A stretch of DNA of 64,000 nucleotides from Bacteroidota bacterium (lineage in GTDB: Bacteria; Bacteroidota; Bacteroidia; B-17B0; Aurantibacillaceae): NCBI GenBank assembly GCA_030684395.1, contig JAUXTT010000028.1, positions 50,526-114,525 of the forward strand. Direction: 5' to 3'. The translations under genes were made by a program, and so were the position numbers. Below the pieces are notes generated by a model. It had not been told where the DNA came from and did no database searches. It saw only the letters and a list, made by a program, of their open reading frames with translations. Shown in pieces: positions 37,313 to 45,427 of the stretch. The first letter of the stretch is position 1. Every line of letters begins with the position of its first letter.

Positions 37313-39811
37313 ATGAACGAAGGAAAAATAACATTCAACGAACATGAAGTTATTCATGAGTTGAAACATTTTTTGCCTGCACAAGCTCCGTTAAAAGATT
37401 TTGTCCATCACAACACATTACACGCTTTTCAACACTTAAAGTTTGAAGATGGAATCAGGAATGCCTCTGCCATGTTTGGGTACAGAGTGTCATTGTCATT
37501 AAAAGAATTCAGGGAATTATATGAATCAGGTAAAATTGAAGATCAGGTTTTAGAAAAAATAATTAGTGACAGAAAAGGAAAAGAAAACCTGCCTGAATGG
37601 AAACAACTTGCCACTCAGGAAGAATTGGATACTTCAAATACAACCCGAATTGGGTCGCTCCGAAGTAAATGGAAAACAAAGTATGAAGTAGATTTGGATT
37701 CTCTGGTTCACCCACTACTTTTCAGAATCCTATGTAGTTATCTTGATCAGGGCATTTCTATTTGGGACTTCCCGGTTAAACACAGAAATTTTTTATCCGC
37801 TATAAGGGAGTTAGAAGACACCAGTTTTACCAGTTTTTTCAAAGGTGCGAGAGCGAAAGGACTTTTAATAAATAATGTTTGTGAAATCGAAACCTTACTA
37901 AAAATATTGGTTGCCGATGAATCACTCTATAAACAATATCTATTTGACCTTCAATTTGCACATCAGGGTTGGTCGGGAATGGTTTCTGCCATCGAAGACA
38001 ACTCTCATACACTTTTTGATAAGAGGTTAATTTCAACTCATGATTTGATTGTGTTTGAACTCTTGCTCGAAATTGATGCACTTGATTCTTCATTACAAAC
38101 TAACTGGATCCCGCTTGGGCAATGGATAAAGGAAAAACCTGTTGACCTCTTCAGTGAGGTGCCGCCAACTGAAATAAGCGAAATAATGGCAATCTGGCAA
38201 AGTGCCTACGAATGGACCTACTATAACACAGTATTAAATGGACTGGTACAACATCCGGAAACAGAACAAAAAAACAATGCCAAATCATTTCAGGCTTTAT
38301 TTTGCATCGACGACAGGGAAGGTTCTCTTCGAAGGTATTTGGAAATAACTGACACGGCTTGTGAAACTAAAAGTACCGCAGGCTTTTTTGGGGTAGAATT
38401 CTTTTTTAAACCCGACAAAGGTAAATTTTATACCAAACTTTGCCCAGCACCTGTTACTCCAAAATACCTAATTAAAGAAATTGGTATTAAGTCGAGGTAT
38501 AAAAAGGATATGGATTATACGAAACACGGACACTCCTTTTTTACAGAATGGATCATTTCCCAAACAGTTGGTTATTGGTCGGCACTTAAATTATCTTTTA
38601 ATATTCTCCAACCAACTATGAGTTCCTCGGCCGCTCATTCATCCAACCAAATGCACCAGCATTCCCATCTTACAATTGAACATGTAAACGGCCGGGCGCT
38701 GGAAAATGGTTTACAAGTGGGGTTTAAGGTAGAAGAAATGGCTGTTAGGGTAGAAAATGTGTTACGCTCAATTGGGCTTATAAATCAATTTGCAGGCATT
38801 GTATATGTTGTTGGGCATGGTTCAAGTACAATAAACAACACTCATTATTCGGCATATGATTGTGGAGCTTGTTCGGGCCGACCAGGTTCGGTAAATGCAA
38901 GAGTTTTTAGTGTAATGGCTAATAACACAAAAGTCCGCGACCTGTTAAAATTAAAAGGAATTGACATACCTGCTACTACACAGTTTATTGGAAGCCTTCA
39001 TGATACAACGCGTGATGAAATTGTTTTTTATGATGAACAATCCTTAAGCGATAAAAACCAGGTGGCACATTATCAGAATAAACAAACTTTTGAGATCGCC
39101 CTGGATCTTAATGCTAAAGAGCGTTCAAGAAGATTTGCCTCTATTGATACTAAACTGAGTTCCAAGAAAATTCATGAAAAAGTTAAAACCCGATCCGTTT
39201 CCTTATTTGAACCACGACCGGAATTAAACCACGCTACTAATGCTCTTTGCATTATAGGCAGAAGAGATCTTACACGGGATTTGTTTCTCGACAGAAGATC
39301 CTTTTTTAATTCATATGATCATACTATAGATCCGGAAGGAGAATGCCTTCTCACCATCCTTAATGCAGCCACACCGGTTTGTGGAGGTATTAACCTTGAA
39401 TATTTTTTCTCAAAAGTAGATAACCAAAAACTAGGTGCAGGAACAAAACTGCCACACAATGTAATGGGATTATTTGGCGTAGCAAACGGAATTGATGGTG
39501 ACCTTAGACCCGGTTTACCAAGTCAAATGATAGAAGTCCATGATCCGTTACGCTTGCTTGTAGTTGTAGAGCACTTACCGGGTGTTGTTTTAAAAACTTT
39601 GCAAATCAATAAAGCAACTTACGAATGGTTCATCAATGAATGGATACACTTAGTAGTTATAGAACCCGAAACGAAAAAACTGCATAAATTTAAAGATGGC
39701 AAATTTGAAGCATATGAACTTCCTTATTTTCCCCTTCAGAAAACTTCAGATATGACATCAATTATTGAAAACAATCAGGATAATATTCCGGTATACTTAA
39801 TAACCAATTAA
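37313..39811 (+). CDS. dabA: DUF2309 protein, DabA subunit of the DAB inorganic-carbon pump
   Basis: 832 aa. FCIDDRE (Cys331, Asp333) and GHGS...AYDCGAC (His502, Cys517) match the beta-CA-like ligand arrangement described for DabA. Confidence 0.88.
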   Translation: MNEGKITFNEHEVIHELKHFLPAQAPLKDFVHHNTLHAFQHLKFEDGIRNASAMFGYRVSLSLKEFRELYESGKIEDQVLEKIISDRKGKENLPEWKQLATQEELDTSNTTRIGSLRSKWKTKYEVDLDSLVHPLLFRILCSYLDQGISIWDFPVKHRNFLSAIRELEDTSFTSFFKGARAKGLLINNVCEIETLLKILVADESLYKQYLFDLQFAHQGWSGMVSAIEDNSHTLFDKRLISTHDLIVFELLLEIDALDSSLQTNWIPLGQWIKEKPVDLFSEVPPTEISEIMAIWQSAYEWTYYNTVLNGLVQHPETEQKNNAKSFQALFCIDDREGSLRRYLEITDTACETKSTAGFFGVEFFFKPDKGKFYTKLCPAPVTPKYLIKEIGIKSRYKKDMDYTKHGHSFFTEWIISQTVGYWSALKLSFNILQPTMSSSAAHSSNQMHQHSHLTIEHVNGRALENGLQVGFKVEEMAVRVENVLRSIGLINQFAGIVYVVGHGSSTINNTHYSAYDCGACSGRPGSVNARVFSVMANNTKVRDLLKLKGIDIPATTQFIGSLHDTTRDEIVFYDEQSLSDKNQVAHYQNKQTFEIALDLNAKERSRRFASIDTKLSSKKIHEKVKTRSVSLFEPRPELNHATNALCIIGRRDLTRDLFLDRRSFFNSYDHTIDPEGECLLTILNAATPVCGGINLEYFFSKVDNQKLGAGTKLPHNVMGLFGVANGIDGDLRPGLPSQMIEVHDPLRLLVVVEHLPGVVLKTLQINKATYEWFINEWIHLVVIEPETKKLHKFKDGKFEAYELPYFPLQKTSDMTSIIENNQDNIPVYLITN

Positions 39812-41677
39812 ATGAATTCGATCCTTCAACTCTTTATAATCATTCCGCTGATAGGATACATTTTTAGCCTGTTCATTCCTTCGCATAAAGAAAGAATGCT
39901 CTCGCTCATTGGTACATTTACAGCAAGCATTCAACTAATTACCTTTATTGGCTTCTTCACATTTTGGATGCTTCATCAGCACAGGTCTATTGATCTGAAT
40001 TATCTGACCTTATATAAAAGCCAGACTTTTCATTTTTTCATTGATCTTTCCTTCGATAAAGTATCAGCCGTTTTTTTATTTGTGGGCGCATTTTTAACCT
40101 TGCTTATTAATCTTTACAGCAGGCATTATCTTCACAGGGAATCTGGCTACAAGCGTTTTTTTAACACCATTCTTTTTTTCTACTTCGGATATAATGTAAC
40201 CATACTTGCCGGTAACATGGAAACCTTGTTTTTGGGGTGGGAAATACTGGGAATCTCTTCTTTCCTGCTTATAGCTTTTTATCGCGACAGGTATTTACCT
40301 GTAAAAAACTCCGTCAAGGTTTTTTCAATTTATCGGATTGGCGACATTGGTTTAATGCTTGCAATATGGATGAACCATCATTTGTGGCACGAAAACGTAA
40401 GCTTTACAAAATTCCTGAATGCTGATTTAGTGAATGAACATATTGAACAATTTACAACTTATTCTACCTTCTTTTCACTCGCCATTTTAGTTGCGGCATT
40501 AGGCAAATCGGCACAGTTTCCATTTTCCTCATGGCTTCCGCGAGCCATGGAAGGACCTACTCCATCCAGCGCAATTTTTTATGGTTCCTTGTCGGTGCAT
40601 CTTGGGGTATTTCTTTTGTTACGCACCTTTCCTTTTTGGGAACACCAAACGCTGATTCGGGTAACTGTGATTGTTTTCGGAGTTTTGACCGTGTTTGTAG
40701 CAAGTGGAACTTCAAGGGTTCAATCCTCTATCAAAAGTCAGATAGCTTACGCATCAATAGCCCAAATCGGAATTATTTTTATTGAAATTGCTTTGGGCTT
40801 AACAAATTTCGCTTTGTTCCATTTTGCAGGAAATGCATTTTTGCGCACCTACCAATTGCTGGTTTCTCCTTCCGTTGTTACCTATTTAATACGCGATCAA
40901 TTTTATAATTTCACAAACAAACCACACATTTTAAGAAGATTTGTTCCCCGAAAAATTGAGCGTACTTTTTATATGCTTTGTATTAAAGAATGGAACCTGG
41001 ATACTTTCATGACCCGGTTTATATGGGCTCCAATGAAAACAACAAACAAATACTTAAATTTTCCGATAAAAACAGCAATGATCTTGTTCGTTCCGGCTTA
41101 TTTGATTGGTATTCTTTTACTCTATTACAGAAATTATTTTCCCGATTTTATTATGCATCAGGCACCGTTAATTTTTGTAATAACCGGTCATGCAATGGTT
41201 ATTAAATCTTACACAGAAAAAGAAAGCGTTTTTATCAGTTGGATCTTGATTATAATGAACCATCTTTGGATTACGCTTGCCGTGTCTTTCAATGAAATTA
41301 TTTCAATGGAACAAATCACCATTTATCTTAGTGGAATTGTTGTTTCGGGCATTTTGGGTTATGCCTGTTTACGCTATATGAAATCGCATGAGAAAATTGT
41401 TGACCTAAAAAGCTACCATGGCCATATCTATGAGCATCCAATTGAAGGTATTCTTTTCCTTATAACATGTTTGGGTTTATCGGCTTTCCCTATCACATCC
41501 TCATTTGTAGGAGAAGATCTTATTTTAAGTCATGTGCATAGTGACCAAATAATACTCGCTACAATAATAGCAGTGAGTTTTATGATAAACGGGCTTTCTG
41601 CAATTCGGATTTATGCAAGGGTATTTTTAGGTCAACACGAAAAAACATATCACGAAGTTGCTTACAAGTCATCTTAA
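39812..41677 (+). CDS. dabB: proton-conducting membrane transporter (NuoL/MnhA-like), DabB subunit
   Basis: 621 aa with many TM helices. The ATG directly abuts the dabA stop (TAAATG). Confidence 0.85.
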   Translation: MNSILQLFIIIPLIGYIFSLFIPSHKERMLSLIGTFTASIQLITFIGFFTFWMLHQHRSIDLNYLTLYKSQTFHFFIDLSFDKVSAVFLFVGAFLTLLINLYSRHYLHRESGYKRFFNTILFFYFGYNVTILAGNMETLFLGWEILGISSFLLIAFYRDRYLPVKNSVKVFSIYRIGDIGLMLAIWMNHHLWHENVSFTKFLNADLVNEHIEQFTTYSTFFSLAILVAALGKSAQFPFSSWLPRAMEGPTPSSAIFYGSLSVHLGVFLLLRTFPFWEHQTLIRVTVIVFGVLTVFVASGTSRVQSSIKSQIAYASIAQIGIIFIEIALGLTNFALFHFAGNAFLRTYQLLVSPSVVTYLIRDQFYNFTNKPHILRRFVPRKIERTFYMLCIKEWNLDTFMTRFIWAPMKTTNKYLNFPIKTAMILFVPAYLIGILLLYYRNYFPDFIMHQAPLIFVITGHAMVIKSYTEKESVFISWILIIMNHLWITLAVSFNEIISMEQITIYLSGIVVSGILGYACLRYMKSHEKIVDLKSYHGHIYEHPIEGILFLITCLGLSAFPITSSFVGEDLILSHVHSDQIILATIIAVSFMINGLSAIRIYARVFLGQHEKTYHEVAYKSS

Positions 41678-41693
41678 AAGAGGCTTTTATAAA

Positions 41694-42080
41694 ATGAAAA
41701 CAATACAGTTAAATACAAAATTCAGGAAGGTGCTTGCCAGGCTTTTAAGTCTGTCGATGATTCTTGTTTTTATTTTACTGAGTGTAGTTGTAAAACCATC
41801 TTCTGATTCTAAACCATCAGAAATAAAAAGCTATGATAAAGCAAAAAACGATTATTCAGAAAATGACTTTCTCCTTTTCGAGGAAGACGATGAACTTTCA
41901 GACACCAATAAAAATGAGCAAGAGTGGTTAAAGAATTTTTCGTTTGATGTACACAACAGGTCATTACACATCAGCTTCACATCTTTTAGCAGGAGTAAAG
42001 ATGTAAGCTCACTCCGGCATCCTCCCACTACAACCAATTCTCTTCCACTTTTCATTTCAATTTGCTCATTAAAAATTTGA
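41694..42080 (+). CDS. hypothetical membrane-anchored acidic protein (128 aa)
   Basis: ATG at 41694, inside the non-ATG ORF 41658..42080. N-terminal helix, acidic linker with SENDF, C-terminus ...LFISICSLKI. Resembles 36774..37136. Confidence 0.4.
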   Translation: MKTIQLNTKFRKVLARLLSLSMILVFILLSVVVKPSSDSKPSEIKSYDKAKNDYSENDFLLFEEDDELSDTNKNEQEWLKNFSFDVHNRSLHISFTSFSRSKDVSSLRHPPTTTNSLPLFISICSLKI

Positions 42081-42131
42081 TGTACGCACTTTTTCATTCA
42101 TGTTAAAGTATGTATCATTTAAATTTTTTTT

Positions 42132-43760
42132 ATGTTAAATAATAAATTGATGCAAACCCCGAAAGATGGGTTTGCGGGGTTAAAAGAAAATTTTGCAAGT
42201 GAAGCTGTTTCAGGCTTTATGGTGTTTTTATTAGCATTGCCTTTAAGTATTGGCATTGCCAAAGCGAGCGACTTCCCTCCTATTTTTGGATTAGTTACTG
42301 CGATCATTGGCGGCATTATAGTTTCATTTTTTTCCGGATCAAAAATCACTATTAAAGGCCCGGCTGCCGGATTAATTGTAATTGCTTCAGGGGCAGTTTC
42401 CACATTTGGTGGAGGAGAAAAAGGCTGGCATATCACTCTGGCAGCTATTGTGGTAGCAGGTTTGTTACAAGTAGTATTTGGTGTTTTAAAGTTTGGTAAA
42501 CTTAGCGATCTGTTTCCGGGAGCGGCCATACACGGGATGCTGGCTGCCATAGGAATTATCATTATGTCGAAACAAATTCACACCCTATTGGGAATCCCTC
42601 CATCAGAACTTAATGGGAAAGAACCTTTGGAGCTTCTGGCAATGATCCCACAAAGCTTACTGCATGAAAATGCACATGTTACAGAAATAGGAATTGCCTG
42701 TTTATTAATTTTAATTGCAATGAGCTACGTTAAAAATCAAAAAATCAAGAAAATTCCTGCACCACTTATTGTTCTTGCAGTTGCAATACCCCTTGGTTTT
42801 GCCTTACATATCAAAACCGAAGGCAGTATAGCAAATTTTGCTTTGGTAAAAGTTGGAAGTATTGCCGCTGAATTCAAAAACGGCTTTGTTAATGTTGATT
42901 TTTCCGGCATTTCAGGTAACATCGGAACTTTTATTGAATATGTTGTTTTGTTTTCCCTAATTGGAAGCATTGAGTCTTTGCTTACGGTGAAGGCAATGGA
43001 CAATCTTGATAGGTATGAAAGAAAATCGGACGCTAACAAAGATTTGTGGGCTATAGGAATAGGTAATGTTCTTTCAGGAATAGTAGGCGGATTACCAATG
43101 ATAAGTGAAGTAGCCCGTTCTTCTGCAAATATTGAGTATGGGGCAAAAACCCGTTGGTCAAATTTTTTTCATGGACTATTTTTATTGCTTGCTGTTTTAT
43201 TGGCCGTTCCACTTATTGAAATGATCCCAAATACGGCACTTGCTGCAATGCTGATTTTTGTAGGATTCCGCTTAGCTCATCCAAAAGCCTTTAAACACAT
43301 GTATCACATTGGAATTGACCAATTGATTATTTTTTGTGTCACTATATTTATGACACTTGCAACCGACCTCTTAATTGGAGTGGGTTCAGGAATGTTTTTG
43401 GAAATCATCATTAATATGTTTCACGGTGCAAGATTCAAAAATATGTTTCGCGCTAAGTGCAATATCATCAATGGTGAACACGAGGTAAATGTTATTATAC
43501 ACAGCGAATTGGTATTCTCTAATTTCTTAGGCCTGAAAAATAAACTTAACGAACTCCCCGAAGGAAAAAAAATCATGATTCACCTTACAGATTCGAAAGT
43601 AATTGACCATAGCAGCCTTGTAGCTTTAGGAGAGTTTGAAAAAAATTATGAAAGAAAAAACGGCAAAGTTATTTTGATCGGATTAGGTGAACACACTAAA
43701 GTGTCGCATCATCCGCAATCAACGGTAAAGAAAAAAAATAAAATGGTGATTCAGGAATAA
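42132..43760 (+). CDS. SulP family inorganic anion transporter with C-terminal STAS domain
   Basis: 542 aa. Sulfate_transp-type TM core and a STAS-like C-terminus. An alternative ATG lies at 42150. Confidence 0.92.
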   Translation: MLNNKLMQTPKDGFAGLKENFASEAVSGFMVFLLALPLSIGIAKASDFPPIFGLVTAIIGGIIVSFFSGSKITIKGPAAGLIVIASGAVSTFGGGEKGWHITLAAIVVAGLLQVVFGVLKFGKLSDLFPGAAIHGMLAAIGIIIMSKQIHTLLGIPPSELNGKEPLELLAMIPQSLLHENAHVTEIGIACLLILIAMSYVKNQKIKKIPAPLIVLAVAIPLGFALHIKTEGSIANFALVKVGSIAAEFKNGFVNVDFSGISGNIGTFIEYVVLFSLIGSIESLLTVKAMDNLDRYERKSDANKDLWAIGIGNVLSGIVGGLPMISEVARSSANIEYGAKTRWSNFFHGLFLLLAVLLAVPLIEMIPNTALAAMLIFVGFRLAHPKAFKHMYHIGIDQLIIFCVTIFMTLATDLLIGVGSGMFLEIIINMFHGARFKNMFRAKCNIINGEHEVNVIIHSELVFSNFLGLKNKLNELPEGKKIMIHLTDSKVIDHSSLVALGEFEKNYERKNGKVILIGLGEHTKVSHHPQSTVKKKNKMVIQE

Positions 43761-43945
43761 ATAACCAAAGAAACTTTAATTGTTCCTGGTATCGGCTTAA
43801 TCGTTCTTTTAATTCTTGTTTGTTTCCGAAATGCCGGTATTCAGGAGCAGTTAAAGACCATTTTTAATAAGCGTTTAAGAAATAGTTATAAATAAATTTA
43901 ATATCAGATCTTTTTTTAACTTTAAAACGAAACCGAATTTAAAAA

Positions 43946-45304
43946 ATGAAATCAATACACTTTATACCACTTCTTTTTTTAATTATTATTGCTTCATTTA
44001 GAGTTACTGCGCAAAGTAGTTCCTCCAAAAAAAACCGTTTTAAAGACGGATTAAAAATATACATGAGTGATGATAGCGTTCGGTACATAAAAGCAACCGG
44101 GATCGCACAGATTTGGTTCAGGTACAACAAAAATAACCCGGGTTCAACAATCTACAACACTCCACAAAAAGAAACATTTGATGTTGGCATCAGGCGCATG
44201 CGTTACCAGATTATGTCACAGGTCAATAAAAAAGTGTTTTTTTATTCTCAATTAGGTATTAATAGTTTTAATAGTGTTTCGGCAAGAAAAACTCCCATCT
44301 TTTTTCATGATGTTACCGTTGAATACGCAGTTTATAATAATTATTTTACGCTTGGCGGAGGATTAAGCGGTTGGAACGGGGTTGCGCGTTATACTTCTTC
44401 AGGAGTTGGAAATATTCTTTGTTTAGATCTCCCTGTTATTATAGAAACCACCAATGACGTTACCGATCAGTTTGTACGAAAACCTGGAGCATATGCAAAA
44501 GGCCAAATAGGAAAACTTGCCTATCGTTTTTCTGTTGCAAACCCATTCCCTGTTCAAAATTCTTTATCCACTGTAGCCTCTTTGCCTGTAAGCGACACCA
44601 ACGTTGCTTACTTTTCTACAAGAGCTCCAAAGTATCAATATCAGGGCTATGTTTTTTGGCAGTTTTTAGATAAAGAAAATAATCTCTTACCTTATATGAC
44701 CGGGTCTTATCTTGGTAAAAAAAGAATCTTTAATATCGGTGGAGGTTTCGCTACACAAGAAGATGCAATGTGGTACCGAAACAAAACCGGAGATACCATT
44801 TCCGTACCAATGAAACAATTTGGGGTAGATGTTTTTTTGGATTATTATCTCAACAAAGAAAAACAAAATGCAATTACTGCTTATGCTGCTTATTTAAACT
44901 ATGATTTCGGTCCCAACTACATTAGAAATGCAGGCATAATGAATATGGCAAATGGAGTAAACAGTACCGGAAGTTTCAACGGTGCAGGTAATTCAATTCC
45001 AATGTATGGTACAGGTAATGTTATATACGCTCAGGCAGCTTATCTTTTTAAACACAATTTATTAAAAGACGCGGGAACTTTGCAACCTTACACATCTGCA
45101 TCAATAGCAAATTATGAAAAACTAAAAGATCCCGTTTTCATTTATGACATCGGAATAAACTGGATTCAAGACGGTCAGAAATCCAAAATATCATTAGACT
45201 ACCAAAGTCGCCCCATTTTTAATATTAATACCAAGGGTGAAATAGCAGAAACTAAATCTGCCCGCAGAGGGATGGTTGTGTTGCAATATCAGGTAGCTTT
45301 TTAA
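43946..45304 (+). CDS. porin-like outer-membrane protein
   Basis: Signal peptide. Beta-barrel-type sequence ending in VAF. The family assignment is by general resemblance only. Confidence 0.55.
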   Translation: MKSIHFIPLLFLIIIASFRVTAQSSSSKKNRFKDGLKIYMSDDSVRYIKATGIAQIWFRYNKNNPGSTIYNTPQKETFDVGIRRMRYQIMSQVNKKVFFYSQLGINSFNSVSARKTPIFFHDVTVEYAVYNNYFTLGGGLSGWNGVARYTSSGVGNILCLDLPVIIETTNDVTDQFVRKPGAYAKGQIGKLAYRFSVANPFPVQNSLSTVASLPVSDTNVAYFSTRAPKYQYQGYVFWQFLDKENNLLPYMTGSYLGKKRIFNIGGGFATQEDAMWYRNKTGDTISVPMKQFGVDVFLDYYLNKEKQNAITAYAAYLNYDFGPNYIRNAGIMNMANGVNSTGSFNGAGNSIPMYGTGNVIYAQAAYLFKHNLLKDAGTLQPYTSASIANYEKLKDPVFIYDIGINWIQDGQKSKISLDYQSRPIFNINTKGEIAETKSARRGMVVLQYQVAF

Positions 45305-45427
45305 GTAAAAACATCTCTTTTTTCCCTCAATCTAACAATGCGGCAAAATTGATTGGATTTGAGGTTAAATAATTGTCTCTTGTGCATATTAACTACTATA
45401 TTAGCACCCTAATTTAAAAGAATAAAT

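Noticed and set aside
41658-41693. N-terminal extensions produced by non-ATG ORF starts in the track (also 1413, 10742, 11841, 13736, 28645, 31839, 54394, 58814, 60969)
   Set aside because: These extensions overlap upstream genes, repeats or promoter boxes. Conserved protein N-termini or signal peptides begin at the first internal ATG, so starts were moved to that ATG.
42119-42562. 147-aa minus-strand ORF overlapping the start of the SulP gene
   Set aside because: It is fully antisense to a confidently assigned transporter gene. Its Pro/Ala/Ile-rich sequence is typical of the reverse frame of a TM-rich gene, and it has no recognisable motifs.
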